From Marispirochaeta sp. (GTDB lineage Bacteria > Spirochaetota > Spirochaetia > JC444 > Marispirochaetaceae), in the NCBI GenBank assembly GCA_963676835.2, contig CAXXFF010000001.1:884795-948794 (forward strand): 64,000 bases of DNA, in the 5' to 3' direction. The position numbers and the translations under genes were made by a program. Below the pieces are notes generated by a model. The model saw nothing but the letters and a program-made list of their open reading frames with translations. It did no database searches and was not told the DNA's origin. Position 1 is the stretch's first letter. Each line of letters opens with the position of its first letter. Shown piece by piece: positions 57,485-64,000 of this stretch.

Positions 57485-57844
57485 ATGATGTATCGAATTC
57501 TAAACGTACGACAAACCCCCGGTGATGATTTCAAGGTATGGTTTACCGATGACTACTGGGATCTCTTTATCTGGGTTGACCGCAAGAAAACTGTCAGCGC
57601 TTTCCAGCTTGGCTATGACAAAAGCGGCAGTGAAAAGATTATAAAATGGCAGCGGGGCGGAGAGGTATACGTCATGACCGTAAGTTCCGGGGATGAATCC
57701 CTGAGCGCGAACAGAACCCCGATTATGGTGCGCTCCACAGGGTTTGACAAGAAGCAGGTGGTAAAAAAGTTCCTTCAGGACAGCAAAAGGGTACCCAAAC
57801 CTATAGCAGGCTTTATTACCTCAAAACTTATGTCCGCTCCTTAA
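57485..57844 (+). CDS. Conserved hypothetical protein
   Basis: VRQ.PG....WF.DDYWDL.IW.....FQL.YDK motif; TATACT 8 nt before the ATG. Confidence 0.65.
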   Translation: MMYRILNVRQTPGDDFKVWFTDDYWDLFIWVDRKKTVSAFQLGYDKSGSEKIIKWQRGGEVYVMTVSSGDESLSANRTPIMVRSTGFDKKQVVKKFLQDSKRVPKPIAGFITSKLMSAP

Positions 57845-57898
57845 GTAAGCTTAGCGTATCTCCGGCTTCTTCCTTTTTACCTTCCATACTCCTGCTTT

Positions 57899-58903
57899 TT
57901 ACCCCCGGCAGACGGCCTTCGCGTAGATTCTCACCGGAGCCGGATAACCTTCCACGGTTTTTGTATCGTCTTTTTCGTCCAGAAAACTTTCCAGAGACTG
58001 GGTATCCACCCACTCGGTTTTTCTCTGTTCTTCGTGGGTCATGGGAAATACTCCGCAGATCTTTACATCCTCGAATCCTGTGCGCAGCAGCATGTTCTCC
58101 AGTGCGGAGGCAGTAGGCAGAAACCACCATCCCGGAGCCCTCATATACCGTTTTCCCGGAAAAAGACAGATATCATCATCCCCGGGGATGCCTGCACTCT
58201 CGATAATAAGCTCTCCTCCAGGCCGCATAGATGCGGAAAGAGTCTCCAGGGCCAGCAGAGGATGCCGCCGGTGATACAAAACACCCATAAAAAAAACTGT
58301 ATCGAAAAAGCGGCCGTAAGCAGCCATATCGTCCACCCCGAAAAGCTCAAAGTGAATACGGGGATCGGGAAAAAACTTGCGGTTGAGGTAGTGATAAAAG
58401 AAATAGCGTTCAACCGGCTCGCAGCCGACCACAAGTTCCGGATCGTGTTCGAGCATACGGTACATGTAATAAAGGTTATTGCAGCCCACATCTGCAATCC
58501 GCCGCCCCCGCAACTCGGGGCGGATAAGCTCCATAATCCTGTCCCACTTGAAATCGCTCCGCCATTCGGCATCCACATCAATGCCGGCGTAGCGGAAAGG
58601 CCCTTTGCGCCAGGACTTGAGATCCATCAGGGCTCCATGAAGAACTGAGAGCTCGCCTTCTGTCAGATCCCCGGAAGAACCGAAATTTACAAAGCCCTTA
58701 TCAACGGCAAAGGGCGATCCGGGAAAGTCCGGAAGCCTCACCGCATTCCGCCACCAGCGTTGATTATAGGGGCGGTCCAGCTGATCAGCCCGGCTGGCCC
58801 GAAGCTCCTGCAACACCTGAATCTGTTCTTCAGCGAGGTTATACTTCGAATAAGGCCATTCTCTGAGATAGAGTTCTGAAAAAGAGGGACTGTCCACAGG
58901 CAT
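57899..58903 (-). CDS. cmoB: tRNA 5-methoxyuridine/cmo5U carboxymethyltransferase CmoB
   Basis: WRKGPF, DAEWRSDFKW, DVGCNN, FDTVF.MGVLYHRR.P, T.EGYPAP.R. Confidence 0.94.
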   Translation of the reverse strand: MPVDSPSFSELYLREWPYSKYNLAEEQIQVLQELRASRADQLDRPYNQRWWRNAVRLPDFPGSPFAVDKGFVNFGSSGDLTEGELSVLHGALMDLKSWRKGPFRYAGIDVDAEWRSDFKWDRIMELIRPELRGRRIADVGCNNLYYMYRMLEHDPELVVGCEPVERYFFYHYLNRKFFPDPRIHFELFGVDDMAAYGRFFDTVFFMGVLYHRRHPLLALETLSASMRPGGELIIESAGIPGDDDICLFPGKRYMRAPGWWFLPTASALENMLLRTGFEDVKICGVFPMTHEEQRKTEWVDTQSLESFLDEKDDTKTVEGYPAPVRIYAKAVCRG

Positions 58904-59643
58904 CAGCGCTTAATGCAGAGGAAGGACGAAAAATTATACCAGCAGAAAAAACGGTCCACCGCGGCAAACCCGGCTTCCCTGAAAAGAGCTTCCTCCTCTT
59001 CCACAGAATAGGGTATGAGTACATTATCAAGAGCCTCCCGCTTCTGGGAGATTTCAAGCTCTGAATAGCCGTTGGCCCTTTTATAGTCGTAATATTTCTC
59101 AATAAAAATCCGGCTCACATCGGTATGACTCTGGGTTGTTTTATCGGAAACGATCAGAACACCATTATGCACAAGACCATCGTAAATCCGCCGGATTATT
59201 GCTTCCCTTTTTAAGGGCGGAATAAACTGCAGGGTATAGTTCATGACAACAACAGAGGCGTCGTGAATTTCGCACTCCTCAACCGACTGATGCCGGATAG
59301 AAACAGGGCTCTCCTCACCGTATATGCCGCTTACCTTTTCACGGGCACGGATACACATTGCTTCCGAGTTATCGACGCCTACAAGGCGGGGATGTTCGAA
59401 TCCGGCCTCCTGCAGGGAATGGGCGGCAAGAAGGGTCCCGGTGGCAGTTGAACAGCCGAGATCAAAGAGAACAGTGCCGGGCTGGTAGAAACTGACAGAT
59501 AGAGATGCAGTCATCTCCTCAACCTGCCGGTACCAGGGGATGGAACGGTCTGCCATGTCTTCAAATACTTTTGCCACTTCGGCATTGAATTCAAAGGGCT
59601 TCACACCGTCCATGGGAGTATCGTAAATGGTATCCTTCTTCAT
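58903..59643 (-). CDS. cmoA: Carboxy-SAM synthase CmoA
   Basis: F.F...VA.VF.DM..RSIP.Y, DLGCS, N.TLQF, KRANGYSELEISQKREAL. Confidence 0.95.
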   Translation of the reverse strand: MKKDTIYDTPMDGVKPFEFNAEVAKVFEDMADRSIPWYRQVEEMTASLSVSFYQPGTVLFDLGCSTATGTLLAAHSLQEAGFEHPRLVGVDNSEAMCIRAREKVSGIYGEESPVSIRHQSVEECEIHDASVVVMNYTLQFIPPLKREAIIRRIYDGLVHNGVLIVSDKTTQSHTDVSRIFIEKYYDYKRANGYSELEISQKREALDNVLIPYSVEEEEALFREAGFAAVDRFFCWYNFSSFLCIKR

Positions 59644-59729
59644 ATAAGCTGCTCCTGATCAAGGCAGACAGCCTACCGTTTTTTGGCTGGATGAACAAGG
59701 ACACCTGCCCCTGTCGGATCAGCCTGGAA

Positions 59730-60551
59730 TCAGCTCATCTCGCTTCCGCCGTCCACGTTCAAAGTCTGGCCGGTTATGTAATTGGAATCAGGGGAGCAGA
59801 GAAACAGGACTGCGTCGGCCATCTCTTCGGTAGTACCCGTGCGCTGGAGAGGGATTTTCCCCACCAGGCGGTCAACCTCAGCCTGCGCTCCGGCCTCTCC
59901 GAGGGAGGCCTTCTTGTCTTCCACGTTTTTTCGCCACATGGGGGTATCAACCACACTGGGGGACACTGCGTTTACGTTAATTCCATAGGGAGCCAGGGCC
60001 AGGGCTACAGAACGGGTAAGGCTTATAACCGCCGCCTTTGATGATGCGTAATGAATCTGAAGGGGACGCCCTCCTCTGCCGGAAATGGATGAAAAATTGA
60101 CAATCTTGCCGTGAGACCTGCCGGGGATATTATTACCCACGTCTTCAGGCGGAACATTCTTAACCATTTCTCTGGCTGCAGCCTGCATAAGAAAGGCAGC
60201 TCCCTTCTGGTTTATATCAATGACAAAATCCCATTCATCTTCGGTTACATCAAGAAAGGACTTACTCTGTACTACACCGGCACTGTTTACCAGAATATCC
60301 AGACGTCCGAGAATGGCGACCGCTTCGGCCACCATTCTCTGAATATCCTCAACAGAGGCAAGATTGACCGTAAGAGGAACTGCCGAACCGCCTGCGGCAT
60401 TTATGGCATCAGCAGTTTTCTTTACCCCTTCGGCGGAGATATCCGCCGCGACAATACGGCAGCCCTCCCCGGCAAGGCGTTCCGCACAGGCAAGCCCGAT
60501 CCCGGAACCTGCTCCCACTACGATGGCGTTTTTTCCTTCCAGTCTTTTCAT
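59730..60551 (-). CDS. NAD-dependent short-chain dehydrogenase (polyol/sugar dehydrogenase-like)
   Basis: GAGSGIG, AD (NAD), NSAG, YASSK, YITGQTLNVDGG. Confidence 0.9.
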   Translation of the reverse strand: MKRLEGKNAIVVGAGSGIGLACAERLAGEGCRIVAADISAEGVKKTADAINAAGGSAVPLTVNLASVEDIQRMVAEAVAILGRLDILVNSAGVVQSKSFLDVTEDEWDFVIDINQKGAAFLMQAAAREMVKNVPPEDVGNNIPGRSHGKIVNFSSISGRGGRPLQIHYASSKAAVISLTRSVALALAPYGINVNAVSPSVVDTPMWRKNVEDKKASLGEAGAQAEVDRLVGKIPLQRTGTTEEMADAVLFLCSPDSNYITGQTLNVDGGSEMS

Positions 60552-60616
60552 ATCATGCCTCCACTTATCTATTGTTTTCCCTTCTACCCCGGAGCTACTC
60601 CGGAACTAAATCAGAG

Positions 60617-62266
60617 CTATGCCAGCGTTTTTCCAAGCTCCGCGGTATCCTGATAGGTCTGAATAAAAGCCTTGAGGGTCTCCGCAATGGGCTGCCAGGC
60701 AACTACGGCATCCGTATTGGCTGCATCCAGGGTGAGCTGCTTTGCCGGCTTGAGATCTGCATCATCGCCTTCTACCCACCAGGCCTGACGGAAAATTTCA
60801 CTTTTCTGCAGAACTTTCATGGCATCCGCCGGAGTGCTCTTTTCCACGGTCATGTCATTAAAATCCCGGGAGATGGCATCATAAGCGCGGCGAACGTTGG
60901 GAAATACCGTAATAGAAGGAGATCCCCATATTTCTGCAATATCCGGTATCTCCTGCCCGTAAATACGCAGAGATGCATTCATTATTTTCACCTTGGATTT
61001 GGCAATACCGAGTCCGCCTTCCGAAGAGGGGCTGTACATTTTGCGGTATATCTTCCGGCAAACTTCAACTCCCGCATACTCCGCGGCTTTCTCCGCTCCA
61101 GGAACATCTGCGGCAAGAAGCTCATCCCGCACAGGAAAGGCCAGACGCCCGTTCATAACAACAACCGCATTGAACAGTGCACTGCCTGCATTCAGAACCT
61201 TGCCGAACTCGAGGGTCTGAAAAGCGGCAAAGCTGAGGGTTACCGTAAAGGAGTAGCCTTTTGGGCTTAATACCTTTGCGGCCTCCAGCCCTGCGGCTGT
61301 TCCGGGAATCTTGAAAGAGATGTTCGGTTCTCCGCCGAAACGCTCCTGAAATCCGGTGTATACCGCTTCAAGTTCTGCAATCATTGCTGCTGCATTGTTG
61401 TGATTCATGGGGCTCACCTGGTAACAGACATAGCCGAGCTTTCCCCCGGTGGTAAGGAATACCGGACGAATAAGGGCAGCACTGTAGCCGACGACTTCCA
61501 TGGTCATATGCATAACCTGCTCTTCAGAGCTGCTGGTCTTCAGGTTATAGCTTTTTTTACTCATCGCAAAGCGGTTCTTCCATACTGCAGGCTTTCCGTC
61601 CCAGGCCATCTTCACCAGCGGAGGATTGGTGGTCTGAAAGGAGAATCCCAGACGCATGGCATAGAGCAGAAAATCGCCGTAATCATTGCCCAGAACTGTC
61701 ATGGAGTCCTTTTTCTGGGCGGCGAGGGCAATCTTTTCCATGTTGCCGCTGTTTACCAGGCTGATCATTTTCTCCGCGTATGAGGACAAGGTGGAGGAAC
61801 AGAGTTCAGACGCCTCTTTTGAAGCTGCAGCCTCATCCAGGCCTTCCGCCTTGAGACGCAGAGTGTCATCTTCAAGCAGATAGGCCATTACAGGTTCTGC
61901 TGCAGAATCGCCTTCAAGGGATTTGAGTGCAGACAGGGCAGCTGCGGAAACACTGTCTGCTTCACCCGGAGAAAGCTTATCCGCCAGATACCAGCCGGTG
62001 AGGTTGCTTTTAAGATCTATGGCAAGGCGAAGAAGAAAATTCAGAACAGCAGCTTTGGACGCATTGCCGGCGGATGGGAAGCTTTTGGCAAGCTCTTCAA
62101 TGAGAGTCTCGGTATCGGATTTCCAGCTCTCCGGTTTTGCGAAAAAGAGAATATGGGAAACAGCGTCGTTAAATGCTCCATCAAGAATACTTTTACTCAA
62201 ATCGACTGTGCTCAGGCTTTTATTCCTTTCAAGTTCTTCCTGAACCGTAAGAATATTGGTGCTCAT
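60617..62266 (-). CDS. Transaldolase-family protein with ~190-aa N-terminal extension
   Basis: TTNPPL, NISFKIPGT..G Schiff-base Lys, VTL.F, NGRL, MNASLR. Confidence 0.85.
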   Translation of the reverse strand: MSTNILTVQEELERNKSLSTVDLSKSILDGAFNDAVSHILFFAKPESWKSDTETLIEELAKSFPSAGNASKAAVLNFLLRLAIDLKSNLTGWYLADKLSPGEADSVSAAALSALKSLEGDSAAEPVMAYLLEDDTLRLKAEGLDEAAASKEASELCSSTLSSYAEKMISLVNSGNMEKIALAAQKKDSMTVLGNDYGDFLLYAMRLGFSFQTTNPPLVKMAWDGKPAVWKNRFAMSKKSYNLKTSSSEEQVMHMTMEVVGYSAALIRPVFLTTGGKLGYVCYQVSPMNHNNAAAMIAELEAVYTGFQERFGGEPNISFKIPGTAAGLEAAKVLSPKGYSFTVTLSFAAFQTLEFGKVLNAGSALFNAVVVMNGRLAFPVRDELLAADVPGAEKAAEYAGVEVCRKIYRKMYSPSSEGGLGIAKSKVKIMNASLRIYGQEIPDIAEIWGSPSITVFPNVRRAYDAISRDFNDMTVEKSTPADAMKVLQKSEIFRQAWWVEGDDADLKPAKQLTLDAANTDAVVAWQPIAETLKAFIQTYQDTAELGKTLA

Positions 62267-62390
62267 TATACTTTACTCCGTAATCATGTAAGATGTTAGA
62301 CAACCTAAATATAATTACATACAATAACTCTTCTGTAAAGCAAAATTGTTCACCATCAGACATCGCAATCAAACAATTGTAATAAGAAAT

Positions 62391-64000
62391 TCAGCTATAG
62401 TTCATTTGACGGCACTTACGCCAGAGGGTTGTTCTGCTGATTCCCAGATTGCGGGCTGCCAGACTCATGTTCCCCGAGGCGGCTTCCATTGCGGCAATAA
62501 TTGCATCCTGCTCCATATCCCGCAGCGGAGCAGCTCCGCGGATTTCGACCGTTTCTGTACATCCGGAGGATTCCCAGCTCCGGTCCAGAAGACCGCCCAG
62601 AGCTTCTATACGTATGGTATCTCCCTCGGTGAGAGCCGACAGACGCTCGCAGAAATTGGTCAGTTCCCGGATATTGCCGGGCCAGTTGTACTCCTGAAGT
62701 GCCGACATTACCGCCGGAGACGCACCAATGGGAGTAAAGCCCATTTTCTTCCGGTACACCATGAGAAAATGGCGAATCAGCTGGGGAATATCCTCTCTTC
62801 TGGCCCTGAGGGGAGGTATGTTTATGCGCAGTACATCGAGGCGGAAAAGGATATCCTGCCGGAACCGTCCTTCCGCGGCCATACCTTTCAGATCTTTATT
62901 GGTAGCTGCTATTATGCGCACATCCACCGGGATAACCCGGTCGTGGCCGATGCGCATTATCTCCCGTTCCTGCAGAACCCTTAAAAGCTTGGCCTGCAGC
63001 GTAAGGGGAATCTCCCCGACTTCATCCAGAAAAATGGTGCCTTTATGGGCAGTCTCAAACAGCCCGGGCTTCCCCCCTTTCATTGCGCCGGTAAATGCTC
63101 CCTCAGCATAGCCGAAGAGTTCGCTTTCAAGGAGCTGTTCCGGCAGGGCTGCACAGTTTACCGCAACAAAAGGTCCCTTTGCCCGGGCACTCTCCTGATG
63201 AATGCTGTGGGCAAAGAGCTCCTTACCGGTCCCGGTCTCACCAAAAATAAGCACATTGGCATCTACCTTGCTGAATTTTCTGGCGGTATGAATAACTTCA
63301 TGAATTACCCGGCTCTTTCCCAGAATCTGGTTAAAACCGTATTTAGCTATATGCCCTTTGGAAAGCAGCTTTTTTCGGATCTTGTTCTCGACTTCCACAA
63401 TGCGGCTTACATTCTGCAGGGTTGCAACCGCCCCGGTTACTTCACGGCCGATCTTTATGGGAACAAAATTGGCGGCAACCTGATTGTCCCCAAGGCTCTC
63501 AAGGGCTCCCAGATACTCTTCGCCCCGGGTCAGCACCTGCCTGAAGGCATCCGATGAGAGCACCGATCCCACTGGCTGGCCGAGAAGAATCCGGTCACGG
63601 GCATACATGGATGCCGCAGACTTATTGGCAGCGGTTATGACTCCATCCCGGTCGACAGCCAGAATCCCCTCATGGGTGTAATCCATGATAATCTGAAAAA
63701 ACTCCGCCCGCTCCCGCTCCTTTGCCATAATCTTACTGGTGCGGACAGCCTCATCCACCGCCTGCTTGATAGCATCCTCACCTGATTTGATCCAGGTGGA
63801 GGGCATTCCCTGCTGAAGAGCAAAATTATAGGTCATGGTTCCGCCCACAATGGCTTCGGCACCCCAGTCTATGGCACTCTGAATATGTACCGCAGCGTCA
63901 TACTCATTCTCAACGGGATATACCATTACCTCCACATCGATAATATTATTCAGCCGTCTTGAGCCGAATATCATGTTTCCCGAGCCGATAACCGCTATCC
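62391..64000 (-). CDS. PrpR-type sigma-54 enhancer-binding protein (PrpR_N, PAS, AAA+, Fis HTH), 5'-truncated
   Basis: Frame is open to the window edge; GETGTGKE, ESELFG..EGAFTGA, FLDEVGE, WPGNIREL, C-terminal HTH. Confidence 0.92.
   Translation of the reverse strand, partial: IAVIGSGNMIFGSRRLNNIIDVEVMVYPVENEYDAAVHIQSAIDWGAEAIVGGTMTYNFALQQGMPSTWIKSGEDAIKQAVDEAVRTSKIMAKERERAEFFQIIMDYTHEGILAVDRDGVITAANKSAASMYARDRILLGQPVGSVLSSDAFRQVLTRGEEYLGALESLGDNQVAANFVPIKIGREVTGAVATLQNVSRIVEVENKIRKKLLSKGHIAKYGFNQILGKSRVIHEVIHTARKFSKVDANVLIFGETGTGKELFAHSIHQESARAKGPFVAVNCAALPEQLLESELFGYAEGAFTGAMKGGKPGLFETAHKGTIFLDEVGEIPLTLQAKLLRVLQEREIMRIGHDRVIPVDVRIIAATNKDLKGMAAEGRFRQDILFRLDVLRINIPPLRARREDIPQLIRHFLMVYRKKMGFTPIGASPAVMSALQEYNWPGNIRELTNFCERLSALTEGDTIRIEALGGLLDRSWESSGCTETVEIRGAAPLRDMEQDAIIAAMEAASGNMSLAARNLGISRTTLWRKCRQMNYS

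Noticed and set aside
1..64000. CRISPR arrays, tRNA/rRNA genes, IS elements, prophage
   Set aside because: Intergenic gaps are short (up to about 340 nt); I found no repeat-spacer arrays, cloverleaf motifs, or transposase or phage ORFs

Overview
A gene-dense, mostly core-chromosome window, probably from a free-living spirochaete (Spirochaetaceae-like). This is inferred from gene families such as the Hsp70-SBD/LysM and TPR/Mrr divergent pair, the PTS-IIA/antiporter pair and secreted FecR-domain proteins. Housekeeping content: mnmA, a FapA-family gene, an argR-argCBDG-pgi run with a tandem ARG-box operator, msrB, a yeast/plant-type chorismate mutase, ftsK, uppP, a lytic transglycosylase, mnmE-mnmG-rsmG, pepT, a sigma-54-driven type III glutamine synthetase, ilvBN, radC and cmoAB. 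Other modules: two SBP-coupled two-component systems, a four-gene envelope cluster, a putative heme/flavin transmembrane redox module, a DUF432-MscS-NERD/helicase operon, and a PrpR-transaldolase-SDR catabolic unit running off the right edge. I saw no rRNA, tRNA, CRISPR array or IS element. The strongest observations outside the ORF track are four. (1) A self-contained ~90-nt structured sRNA candidate with its own promoter and terminator lies directly behind a NERD nuclease-helicase gene. (2) About 12 genes have a sigma-70 -10 box only 6-9 nt before the ATG, which suggests leaderless mRNAs. (3) A class III cyclase has a non-canonical active site and an EAD/death-like N-terminus. (4) A 14-bp tandem repeat carries the stop codons of both convergent flanking genes. 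All family assignments come from motif recognition, not database searches.
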